Below, in pieces: positions 1-8,830 of a stretch of DNA of 64,000 nt. Position numbers and translations under genes: made by a program. Numbering within the stretch: position 1 is the stretch's first letter; the number at the start of each line of letters is the position of its first letter. Source of the DNA: Candidatus Micrarchaeota archaeon (GTDB taxonomy: Archaea > Micrarchaeota > Micrarchaeia > Micrarchaeales > CABMGC01); the NCBI GenBank assembly GCA_027334165.1, contig DAHWXM010000015.1, positions 13,832 to 77,831 of the forward strand, given 5' to 3'. The notes beneath the pieces are model-generated. The model made no database searches and had not been told where the DNA came from. It worked only from the letters and a program-made list of their open reading frames with translations.

Positions 1-1
1 T

Positions 2-445
2 GCTTTCGACAATGATGGCAAACGCCTGCCATCCATAGCCTCAGGGGGCAGGTACGATGATCTTATAGGACTTTACTCAAAGCCCGGCTATCCTGCCGTT
101 GGAATATCTATTGGCATAAGTCGGCTTTTCGAGGTGCTGGACCTGCGCGGCCTGGGTCCAGGCTACACGGCCGCATACGTGGCAAACATCAACAAGGATG
201 CTCTGCAGTACGCCATCTCGGTGGCCAACACTCTGCGCGCATCTGGCATAAACACCGATCTTAACGCTACATCCAGAAGCATCTCAAAGCAGCTCGAATA
301 CGCGAATGCCATGGGCATCAAATACGTGGTAATAGTAGGCAAGTCGGAACTTGATGCAAAGAAGGTAAAGCTCCGCGACATGGGCAGTGGATCTGAGGAA
401 TTGCTCGATATAGTGGATGCTATAAACAAGATAAAAGGTAGCTGA
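2..445 (+). CDS. hisS: Histidyl-tRNA synthetase, C-terminal part (5' end outside window)
   Basis: Frame 2 is open from the window edge. Translation ...IASGGRYDDLIGLYSKPGYPAVGISIGISR contains class II motif 3 (GGRYD). It is followed by an anticodon-binding-like segment IKYVVIVGKSELDAKKVKLRDM. Confidence 0.85.
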   Translation, partial: AFDNDGKRLPSIASGGRYDDLIGLYSKPGYPAVGISIGISRLFEVLDLRGLGPGYTAAYVANINKDALQYAISVANTLRASGINTDLNATSRSISKQLEYANAMGIKYVVIVGKSELDAKKVKLRDMGSGSEELLDIVDAINKIKGS

Positions 446-446
446 A

Positions 447-974
447 ATGGCAAAGAAAGAGATTGACGAGGTTACGGAAAAAACGCTGGGCAAGGGCGGT
501 CTTCTTGTGAAGATGTACTTCGACATGCACGGCGAGACTCCGGACGAGCTGCAGCCCATAATGACCGATCTGATAAACAACAAGCTGCTCAAGGCTCCTG
601 GGGTTGTATACTGCTTCGGCGGCATAGATGAGCCTGTCAAGTCAGGCGATCTGTATTCCACAAGCGCCATAATAACGGCACTGCTATCAAGCATGGAATC
701 CCTTGTAGGTGTGGTCTTCTCTTTTGCACCTGTCGGTATCGAAGTCATAAAGCCGGATGGCCAGTACGTGATGCGGAAGAACGATGTGCAGTCTCTGATG
801 CTGGCATTGTCAGACATCTCAATAAGCTACTCGAACTACATACTCCAAAAGACTCTCAGTCCAGAGGATTACGCTAAAGTTCAGGTCGACATGACCCTGC
901 GCAAGGAGATTGGGAAGAAACTGCTCGATAAAAAGGACAGCGAGCAGACACCGCAGCATCACGGTGCGGTGTAA
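447..974 (+). CDS. Hypothetical protein
   Basis: 175-aa ORF starting 2 nt after the hisS stop, which suggests an operon. Composition is protein-like but I recognise no motif. Confidence 0.5.
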   Translation: MAKKEIDEVTEKTLGKGGLLVKMYFDMHGETPDELQPIMTDLINNKLLKAPGVVYCFGGIDEPVKSGDLYSTSAIITALLSSMESLVGVVFSFAPVGIEVIKPDGQYVMRKNDVQSLMLALSDISISYSNYILQKTLSPEDYAKVQVDMTLRKEIGKKLLDKKDSEQTPQHHGAV

Positions 975-1888
975 TTCCCCTGCCACGCGCCCGTGTAGAT
1001 GGCATCGGATGACACCCCATTGTTGCCGTTGCCGGAGTAGTCGTTTGCATTGCCGTTGAGTGGCCACCATCCAACGAGTTTCTGCAATTCTATCGGCACT
1101 CCTCCTACGCCTTCATCGTACAATGACATTATGCTATTTGCGGATAGGGTGCCATTGTAAAACTGTACGTTAGCAAAGCCGGCCTCCATGCCCTCATATC
1201 CAATCCCAAACGTTCCCTGTCCTGCGTAATATTGACCGTCTGCCGCACTCGTCCCCCGCAACTTCCCGTCGGTGTATACAGAAATCACATTTCCTGGTAT
1301 GTTGACAGTATACACTACCAGGCTCCATCCGTTCGCACTTATCGGCGCGCTCGGCCCTCCAAAGCTCCAGCAGCTAGGGGACGGCGCGCTGAATGAGATG
1401 GAAACGTACGGGGGATTGTTGTACTCTCCACCGCTGACAATCCAGCCATCGCCGCCGCCGCACCCTTCGAAGCCCACGTACTTCGGCCACTGATTTTGCG
1501 TGCTTTTGACCGGGTTTATCCAAAACGATACGGTGAAATTCTCAATCCGTGTCCAATTACCCGTGTCAGGAACGCTGACCTGCGGCGAGGCAGAGCCGTC
1601 CATCCATGCGATGTACTGCGGAAGCTCCCCGCCGCACGTGCCTTCAAGATTTAAGTCGTAATTTGTTCCAGGTCCATTCGGCCTGAGCACCTGACAGCTT
1701 CCGGGCTGCGCCTTCGGCGCGAAGTTCGATGGGTTGAATATGCCGAGCGAGTACAGCACTCCAAGTACAACCGCGATGACGAGGATGGCCCAGCCGTACG
1801 TCATCAGGTATTCCATGGCGGATTGGAGTCTGCGGGCACGTGCCGGGCCGTTCAGGGCTCTACAGATTGTCCTTGCACCTTGGCACAT
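959..1888 (-). CDS. Class III signal peptide (type IV pilin-like) protein with LamG/ConA-like lectin domain, paralog 1
   Basis: N-terminus ...RRLQSAMEYLMTYGWAILVIAVVLGVLYSLGIF is an archaeal prepilin-type signal plus hydrophobic helix. The C-terminal LVGWWPLNGNANDYSGNGNNG resembles the LamG-type lectin signature. Start placed at Met18 of the 959..1939 ORF. Confidence 0.75.
   Translation of the reverse strand: MCQGARTICRALNGPARARRLQSAMEYLMTYGWAILVIAVVLGVLYSLGIFNPSNFAPKAQPGSCQVLRPNGPGTNYDLNLEGTCGGELPQYIAWMDGSASPQVSVPDTGNWTRIENFTVSFWINPVKSTQNQWPKYVGFEGCGGGDGWIVSGGEYNNPPYVSISFSAPSPSCWSFGGPSAPISANGWSLVVYTVNIPGNVISVYTDGKLRGTSAADGQYYAGQGTFGIGYEGMEAGFANVQFYNGTLSANSIMSLYDEGVGGVPIELQKLVGWWPLNGNANDYSGNGNNGVSSDAIYTGAWQGNYTAP
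1659..1832. repeat. Dispersed repeat copy A (5' cassette of the pilin-like genes)
   Basis: 174 bp with 7 mismatches (about 96% identity, hand-aligned) to 52365..52538. The rest of the two genes is far more diverged. Confidence 0.9.
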
Positions 1889-1948
1889 CCTCCCACACTC
1901 TTGCCCAACACGTTTTATTGGCCTTAAAAAGCCCAGCATAGTACACGC

Positions 1949-3049
1949 CTAGTCAGACAGCGCCCTGAGGAAGAATCTCTTGACCATTAGGCTTGGCCTG
2001 TCCATGTCCCCATACTTGTGCAGGAAGTTCTCCGCCCCGAAAAATTTCGCAGCGGTTATTATCCTCCCAAGCGAATCGGCGCTGATTCTTGAATAAAATT
2101 CATTGATCATCGAATGCAAATGCAGGTCTCTCCCGTACCGCGCCATGTACCTCCTGCTGTAATCATATATTGTTGTGCCATTTGCCAAGTGCTCTGCGGC
2201 AATCTCCGCCGCAAGCCTCCCCCCGTGCCCGCCGAACACTATTCCGCCCCCAGTGGTCGCCTTGACCTGTCCCGCAGCGTCGCCAACCAGCATTGCGCCG
2301 CGGTTGTCGCTGATCCTATCCCTGAGCGACATGGGTATCATGCTCGCACCGCCCCCGATGCTCTTCCCTCCGTCTATCATTTCCACTATCTCCCTCTTCT
2401 TCAGGAAGGCGCTCATCGCCTTCGCGCTGTTGCTGAACCCAGAATCTACGCCTATGCCTACTTCAAGTATGTCCATCGAGTTCGGGCACGTCCATCCGAA
2501 CAGCCCCTGCGTGAGCTTGTTGTCGAAGAACAGATCCACCTTTTCAGGATCCTTTATGTCCACATTGAATTCCTGCTTGTAGGTAAGCACATGCCTGCGT
2601 ATGTGTCCCATTGAGAAGTGCCTTGCCACCGAAGACACTGCCCCGTCAGCGCCTATCACAACACTGTCGCGTGCAATTTCGCCGATCTCTGCCCCACCAA
2701 CGCGCCGCCCCATATTTATCTTCACGCCGCTCGCCTCGGCCTCGTCATGGCACATCTCATTAAGCTGCATTCTATCAAGTACATTGGCTATTATGCCTCT
2801 GGCCCTTACGCTAAGCACTCTTCCACCAGCGTGTATGTCGGCACCGCTCAGCCTGTTTGTTATTGCGCCGCCGTAATCTATTCCCAGCGCGTTCAGTCCA
2901 GAAAGGGAGACTATGCCAGAAGCGTTTATCTTCGCGCCCTTCCCCTGCTTCTGTTCGTAAACCGTTGTATCTATTCCGAGCTCGGCCGCCCTCTTTGCAG
3001 CTATGAGTCCGGCTGTGCCGGCACCTATCACAGCTAACTTTTTGCGCAA
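1949..3049 (-). CDS. Geranylgeranyl reductase family FAD-dependent oxidoreductase (ether-lipid saturation)
   Basis: N-terminal dinucleotide fold KLAVIGAGTAGLIAAKRAAELG. LVGDAAGQVKATTGGGIVFG is typical of digeranylgeranylglycerophospholipid reductases. Confidence 0.8.
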   Translation of the reverse strand: MRKKLAVIGAGTAGLIAAKRAAELGIDTTVYEQKQGKGAKINASGIVSLSGLNALGIDYGGAITNRLSGADIHAGGRVLSVRARGIIANVLDRMQLNEMCHDEAEASGVKINMGRRVGGAEIGEIARDSVVIGADGAVSSVARHFSMGHIRRHVLTYKQEFNVDIKDPEKVDLFFDNKLTQGLFGWTCPNSMDILEVGIGVDSGFSNSAKAMSAFLKKREIVEMIDGGKSIGGGASMIPMSLRDRISDNRGAMLVGDAAGQVKATTGGGIVFGGHGGRLAAEIAAEHLANGTTIYDYSRRYMARYGRDLHLHSMINEFYSRISADSLGRIITAAKFFGAENFLHKYGDMDRPSLMVKRFFLRALSD

Positions 3050-3149
3050 TATAACACCATCTTTAAATACTTAGCGTGAACACTTTTCTGTTAGTCTTAT
3101 CTCTTGATAAACAACTTTATTTAACTTAACTTTCAATACTGGGTTTGCC

Positions 3150-6100
3150 ATGGAAATCATAGCCGCACTGTTAATTGGGTTTTTCTCCATAATGCTGCCC
3201 GGGAGCTTCATATCCCTGGCCCTGTTGAAGAAGACCAAGCTGAACTTGTTTGAGATACTCGTGATCGGATTCGTGCTTGGCCTGGTCTTCCCTCCGGTTG
3301 CAGTGTGGTTGGAATCGTATCTCATACCCGTTTCGCCAATTTTCTCGTTTTCGTACGGTCTTTACAGCGCCAACGTGATTGTGCTTACGGTGATCGGCAT
3401 AATCCTGTGCATGACACAGGGTGTGTTCAATGACCTGCCCCGAATGAAGACGCTGCTGCAGCGCGAGCGCGCCGTCAAGTCCATGGAATACGCAAGTTAC
3501 AAGGAGCGCGTACGAGAGCTCAGGAGCACGCTCTCTGACCTGAAGGTTGACATGCGAATAATAAGGGAGCATGAAGCCGAGGAGAGCGACCTGCGCAAGC
3601 GCCACGAGGACGAACTTGAGATACTCAAAGACGCCGGACCAGAGGAGAAGCAGAAAGTGATGGAGGCACACGCGGACCAGGAGAAGAGGCTTTTTGAGGA
3701 ACACGAGCACGAGGAACGCCAGCTCATAAACGCCGCATCCGGCAAGTCCACGCGGGAATTCAGACTCACCGGAACCACGATGGTTTACGGCATACTGCTG
3801 GTCCTGATGCTGGTGGCGTTCGGCTCCAGAATAGCGAACATCGGCAATGCACCACGGTTCTTCGAGTTCGACCCGTATTACGACATGATAAGCACGCAGT
3901 ACATACTAACTTATGGATACCAGCTGTACACGGAGCACGCCGCTTGGCCATCTCTGACGAACGGCACTATACACAGGCTACAGCCGATAGTGCCTTATCT
4001 AGAGGCTTACTGGTATAAGCTCGCAGAGACGAAGCAGCAGGCAGCAGGCATACAGTTAAATGCATCATTCTCCGGTCCGGCTTCGCAGTACACCCCTCCA
4101 AACACAAACCTCCTAAGCCTTGTAAGTTCCTATTACCCGCCAATCATGGCGGCACTGCTGGTGTTCGTCGTGTTCATGCTCCTTTATCATCAGTACGGCA
4201 AGTTTCCCGCACTCATCGGGGCCGGCCTGGCAACAGCAATGCCGACACTGATAACTACGTTCATAGCCGGAGAGCAGCTTCTGGAGCCATGGGGGATATT
4301 CGCGATGTTCTTCTTCTACGCGGCGTATCTTCTTGCGGTGCAGAACCCCAAGGAGAACAGGTTCGCAATACTGGCAGGAATAGCTTTCGCCGCAAACTTC
4401 CTCGGCGCGCACTATTACACGGTGCCTACCGGAATACTCGCACTGTACATCGCCCTGCAGGGCGTGTTCAACGTGATGAAGCGCTCAGACATGCGCGATT
4501 TCTACCGCATGAACCTGATAGTCCTCGCGGTGATAGTCATATTCTATGTGCTCTACAGTCCTTACGGCGCTACGCTCACGGAGCGAATACCTTCGCTGTT
4601 TGGCATACCTATCATAATAAGCTTCCCGCTCGCCTCGTTGGTGTTCGTCGCAATCTTCGATTATCTGCCACGGGTGCTGGCCAAGAACAAGATACTCTTC
4701 AGGAAACTCGATTTCCGAGAGTACCTGACATGGTTCTTTGTGGCCGCAGCGATCGCAATATTGCTCCTCGCTCTAACCCCCCTGGGCAAGCCAATACAGT
4801 CATACCTTGCACTTAGCAAGAAGTTCACTACACCGGCAACACCGTTGTTCATGACCGTGCAGCAGTTCGAGCCTACTGGCGTAAACTACAACTTCGGCGC
4901 GGCAGGTTTTGGTATAATAGGCGCATCAACACTCGGAATCAATCTGCTCATACTGCTAGTGCTAGCGGCTTTCGTACTGTTCATCCTGTACGCGATTATA
5001 TTCAAGGAGTCACAGGCTGGCATACTCGCCCTAGCATTCGTGATCCCTCTCGCCGTAGCAGGCATGTCCGAAGTCAAGTACCTGCCGCACTTCGGTGTGG
5101 GCTACATAATAGCCATCGGTGTCATAATAGGGGAGCTGCTCCTCTACGTAAACAAGTACGGCGGAAGGCACCGCGACATCATATATGGCGTTGCCATAGC
5201 TGCGGTACTGCTTGAGGGCGGCCTGAGCCTGGGGCTGGGCGTACTACCCGCTGCGGTAAACACGAACTGCACCGCAATATCTCAGACAAATGCTATAGGC
5301 GCGGATATGTTCTGCAACACCGTTCCACAGTACTGGATACAGGCTACGGATTGGATGAAAGCGAATGTAGGTCCATACGGCCCAAGGATACTCTCGTGGT
5401 GGGACTACGGTGACTGGATCAACTGGTTCGGTAACAGCAACGCGGTCATCCGGGGAGACAATTCCGTGGCGCAGGAGGACTACAACACGGCCGCGATGTT
5501 CGTTCTCGGAAAGAGCGACGGTTATTCGGCATCAAAACTTGCAACATACATGAACAGCATACAGTCTCAGTACGTGCTATTCGATGACCAGCTTGTCCCT
5601 AAGTGGGGCGCGTTGGATTTCCTTGCGTGTATAGACACAAACCAGACCTCGATGACGTATGCAACGCAACAGGGCGCGAAGTACGGGCAGCCGTTTACCC
5701 TCGGGACATCACCATGTGAACTGGCGCACGATCCCGCAACGCTGCTGGTCCCTTCCAACATAACGAGCCCGTCCGAACTATGCTCCTTCTCCAACTCCAG
5801 CACTCCGGCTGTGCAGGCGTTTGTGGTAATAGGTAGCACCGTGGATCAGAACCTCACGTACTGTGTTCCCGAATCCGCACTGCAGACCGGAACAGGAACA
5901 AGACTTCTAGACACTAACGGTAGCACTACAAACGCGGTATTGACGCCCAATCTGTACGAGGGACTGACTCCTGTGAGCAAGAACCAGGACTTCTACACGT
6001 TCGTCCTGCTCTACCTGCCAAACGGTCCGAACGATACGATAACCAACGCACCATCGGCATTCTACGACTCAAACTACTACCGTGGTTTCTTCCTCGGCCG

Positions 6101-6266
6101 CCTCCCTGGGTTCACGCTCGCGTATCCGAGCAACTTTACAGGAATAAATTACGTAAATGGAACACACAAGATAATGATATTCAGGGTAAACAACTATACG
6201 GGCGGCACGCCTGAAGTTGTGCCGAAGCCAAGCTGGATACACAATAACTACACTGTGCCTGGCTGA
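3150..6266 (+). CDS. aglB: Oligosaccharyltransferase AglB/STT3 with an extra N-terminal module
   Basis: Catalytic WWDYGDWI (WWDYG motif), first-loop acidic motif FEFDPYYD, and a multi-TM N-terminal half. Residues 1-210 (3 TM helices plus a highly charged helical stretch) precede the canonical STT3 TM1. Confidence 0.9.
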   Translation: MEIIAALLIGFFSIMLPGSFISLALLKKTKLNLFEILVIGFVLGLVFPPVAVWLESYLIPVSPIFSFSYGLYSANVIVLTVIGIILCMTQGVFNDLPRMKTLLQRERAVKSMEYASYKERVRELRSTLSDLKVDMRIIREHEAEESDLRKRHEDELEILKDAGPEEKQKVMEAHADQEKRLFEEHEHEERQLINAASGKSTREFRLTGTTMVYGILLVLMLVAFGSRIANIGNAPRFFEFDPYYDMISTQYILTYGYQLYTEHAAWPSLTNGTIHRLQPIVPYLEAYWYKLAETKQQAAGIQLNASFSGPASQYTPPNTNLLSLVSSYYPPIMAALLVFVVFMLLYHQYGKFPALIGAGLATAMPTLITTFIAGEQLLEPWGIFAMFFFYAAYLLAVQNPKENRFAILAGIAFAANFLGAHYYTVPTGILALYIALQGVFNVMKRSDMRDFYRMNLIVLAVIVIFYVLYSPYGATLTERIPSLFGIPIIISFPLASLVFVAIFDYLPRVLAKNKILFRKLDFREYLTWFFVAAAIAILLLALTPLGKPIQSYLALSKKFTTPATPLFMTVQQFEPTGVNYNFGAAGFGIIGASTLGINLLILLVLAAFVLFILYAIIFKESQAGILALAFVIPLAVAGMSEVKYLPHFGVGYIIAIGVIIGELLLYVNKYGGRHRDIIYGVAIAAVLLEGGLSLGLGVLPAAVNTNCTAISQTNAIGADMFCNTVPQYWIQATDWMKANVGPYGPRILSWWDYGDWINWFGNSNAVIRGDNSVAQEDYNTAAMFVLGKSDGYSASKLATYMNSIQSQYVLFDDQLVPKWGALDFLACIDTNQTSMTYATQQGAKYGQPFTLGTSPCELAHDPATLLVPSNITSPSELCSFSNSSTPAVQAFVVIGSTVDQNLTYCVPESALQTGTGTRLLDTNGSTTNAVLTPNLYEGLTPVSKNQDFYTFVLLYLPNGPNDTITNAPSAFYDSNYYRGFFLGRLPGFTLAYPSNFTGINYVNGTHKIMIFRVNNYTGGTPEVVPKPSWIHNNYTVPG

Positions 6267-6319
6267 AAAGGAACGGTGATACCACGAAACTGCTGTTACT
6301 GCAACCATACCTTAGCATA

Positions 6320-7417
6320 ATGGGCGGAGTGGACCGCGTCATCCTGAAGATAGCGCAGCACTATGACGCAAAGATCTATACGCTGGAATATGACAGATCG
6401 CATGCCTTTCCCGAGTTTGCCGACCTGGACATAGAGGTATTCGGGAGGAAGGACCTGTCTTCAAAGGTCCTTCCGTATCGTGCATCCCAAGGATTCAGGT
6501 ACGGGACCGGATTTTACTCGTTCAAGATAAAGGAGGACTATGATGTGCTGAATCCACACATATCGCCAAGCGAATGGATAAGGCACAAGAACGAACGCGT
6601 GCTGTGGTACTGCCATACTCCCCCGCGCGAGGTGTATGACCTGTACGAAGTGCGGATGCACGGCAGGTCTACCACAGACAAGCTCGTTTACGCGGCCATG
6701 GTGAAGAGCTACCGATTTATAGCCGGCGGAATAGTAAAGAAAATAGAGGCTATCGCCACTAACAGCGAGAACACCAAGCGCAGGATCAACAAGTACTTCA
6801 AGCGCGATGCGACAGTGGTAAATCCAGGTATAGACTACAATCTCTTTTCCAACAAGGGCGATGAGAAGTTCTTCTTCTATCCGTCCAGGATAGTGTCCAA
6901 CAAGCGCCAGGACTTCGTAGTGGAGGCGTTCAGGCAGTTTTCAAAAAGAAACAAGGGCAGCAATCACAAGCTGGTCCTTGCCGGATCCGTGTCAAACGAT
7001 CCGGAGCACAAGGCCTATCTCGCGAAGCTGAAGAAGGCATCAGCAGGTCTCAACGTTAAGATAATTGAGAATGCCCCGGACTCCAAGATGCGAGATCTTT
7101 ACTCCCGTTGCAGTGCGGTGATGTTTTCTGCCATAAATGAGGATTACGGGTTCATACCTCTAGAGGCGATGTCCAGCTACAAACCAATAATCTCAGTGAA
7201 TGAGGGCGGCCCCAGAGAGACCATCCTGGACGGCAAGACCGGATTCCTGGTGGATTCTGTGTCTTCTATGGCCGAGAAGATGTCGTTCGTAGCGCAGAAT
7301 CCAGACATTGCGGAAGAGATGGGCGTTGCCGGAAGGCGGCACGTGGAGCGCAACTACACATGGAACAATTTCTTCGAGAAAATGGATCCGTTGCTGAGGA
7401 AAGTCAGCAAGATGTGA
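6320..7417 (+). CDS. Glycosyltransferase family 4 (GT-B fold)
   Basis: EDYGFIPLEAMSSYKPIISVNEGGPRETILDGKTGFLV is the GT4 EX7E region. The in-frame upstream sequence encodes T-K-L-L-L-L-Q-P-Y-L-S-I, so the true start may lie upstream of the first ATG. Confidence 0.8.
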   Translation: MGGVDRVILKIAQHYDAKIYTLEYDRSHAFPEFADLDIEVFGRKDLSSKVLPYRASQGFRYGTGFYSFKIKEDYDVLNPHISPSEWIRHKNERVLWYCHTPPREVYDLYEVRMHGRSTTDKLVYAAMVKSYRFIAGGIVKKIEAIATNSENTKRRINKYFKRDATVVNPGIDYNLFSNKGDEKFFFYPSRIVSNKRQDFVVEAFRQFSKRNKGSNHKLVLAGSVSNDPEHKAYLAKLKKASAGLNVKIIENAPDSKMRDLYSRCSAVMFSAINEDYGFIPLEAMSSYKPIISVNEGGPRETILDGKTGFLVDSVSSMAEKMSFVAQNPDIAEEMGVAGRRHVERNYTWNNFFEKMDPLLRKVSKM

Positions 7418-7422
7418 ACCCA

Positions 7423-7430
7423 TTTAAATA
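7423..7430 (+). promoter_or_regulatory. TATA box (TTTAAATA) for the Kelch-like surface protein gene
   Basis: Perfect archaeal TATA consensus. Its centre lies about 27 nt before position 7453, which favours the ATG at 7461 over 7443 (near-leaderless mRNA). Confidence 0.5.
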
Positions 7431-7460
7431 CATTGGCGCGGAATGATTATCGGTGTACGC

Positions 7461-8714
7461 ATGCGCTTTGCTCTTGGCATCACACTGGCACTCTGCCTAA
7501 TGGCCTTCGCCGCACTCTCGTCCGGCGCTTCCTCATGGTCCATAGCGGCGGAATACCCTGGCAACTACAGCGGAGTACAGTGTTCCGTATCTGGAAGTAT
7601 GCTGTACTGCACCGGCGGCTCCACGACTTACAATTACACCAACACTACATATTATGCAACGGTGACCCCGTCCGGCATAGGCCCCTGGGCGTCTGGTGCG
7701 ACCTTCCCTGTTAATATCACGGGCCAGAGCTGCACGTACAATGGCAATTTCGTGTACTGCGTTTCCGGATACAACGCGACATCAACGTTTAACTCGACAT
7801 ACATGGGGCAGCTCGCGAGCAACGGCATATACAACTGGACGCAGACAACGCCATATCCGACAGGCGTGTCGGATCAGATGTGCGTCGCTACCGTCGATAA
7901 CCTGTACTGCACCGGAGGGTACAACGGCAGCGCTGAAGTTAATTCATCCTATTACACGCCTCTTCTGTACGGCCTTCCGACGATATGGAACGTAACGGCC
8001 CCGTATCCCGTTGCAATAACCGGATCGTCATGCTTCACATCCGAAAATTACCTCTACTGCACCGGCGGCATGGTCAATGGAACTTACGTGAATTATTCGT
8101 ACTTTGCGCCATTGACGCAGAATGGCATAGGCCCGTGGAGCGGCACCACCCGGTATCCGTTCAATGCCACTGGGATCGGATGTACGGTCGCATCAAATCG
8201 TGTCTACTGCACCGGAGGCAACAACGCTACGTCCTTCTCAAACGCGACGTACATGGCACAGCTGACTTCTTCAGGAATAACTTCCTGGAACCGCATAGCA
8301 ACAATGCCGCAGCGCGTGTCGTTCAGCGGGTGCGGCAACCTTGCAGGCCTTTCCGTGTACTGCGTGGGCGGATACGATGCAGGAAGCTATAGCGCAAATG
8401 TGTCGCTGATGCAGCTGAGTGAGGTGCCGCAACAGAACTACACCGCACCAATCGTTGTCATAAACGGCTCGACGCTCGCAACCACGGCTACTGTGTTTTC
8501 AACCAACCCCGCAATTCCGACTGGCAATGCCACTACGCCTTCCACAACAAAAACGCAGAACAATACCGCATACATGATCATTACCGTCGTCGTAGCGGCA
8601 CTTGTCGTGGCGTATCTTTTCTCTCGCCGCAGGGGTGGTAAGAGCGCAAACGGCTCCTCGCAGGCTTCACGGTACACCCGCAGTTCCCGCAGGAATAGCG
8701 GTTTGCCGTCGTAG
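7461..8714 (+). CDS. Secreted, membrane-anchored six-repeat (Kelch/beta-propeller-like) glycoprotein
   Basis: Signal peptide MRFALGITLALCLMAFAALSSGA. Six (L/V)YC(T/V)(G/S)G repeats about 50 aa (about 150 nt) apart. About 20 N-X-S/T sequons by my count. C-terminal TM (MIITVVVAALVVAYLF) followed by a basic tail. Confidence 0.7.
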   Translation: MRFALGITLALCLMAFAALSSGASSWSIAAEYPGNYSGVQCSVSGSMLYCTGGSTTYNYTNTTYYATVTPSGIGPWASGATFPVNITGQSCTYNGNFVYCVSGYNATSTFNSTYMGQLASNGIYNWTQTTPYPTGVSDQMCVATVDNLYCTGGYNGSAEVNSSYYTPLLYGLPTIWNVTAPYPVAITGSSCFTSENYLYCTGGMVNGTYVNYSYFAPLTQNGIGPWSGTTRYPFNATGIGCTVASNRVYCTGGNNATSFSNATYMAQLTSSGITSWNRIATMPQRVSFSGCGNLAGLSVYCVGGYDAGSYSANVSLMQLSEVPQQNYTAPIVVINGSTLATTATVFSTNPAIPTGNATTPSTTKTQNNTAYMIITVVVAALVVAYLFSRRRGGKSANGSSQASRYTRSSRRNSGLPS

Positions 8715-8830
8715 CGGCATCAGATATAAATATGTTTCTGTACATATACTAAATGCTTATCATATACCCATGAAAAATGCAAAAGTGCACATGGGCATTT
8801 AGGAACCTATGCTTTAAAATTGGTGAGAAC

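Noticed and set aside
7600-8370. About 150-bp periodic DNA repeats, considered as a tandem satellite or CRISPR-like array.
   Set aside because: Only a roughly 20-nt core (TACTGCACCGGMGGC) recurs. The periodicity reflects the protein repeats of a single intact ORF, with no spacer/repeat structure.
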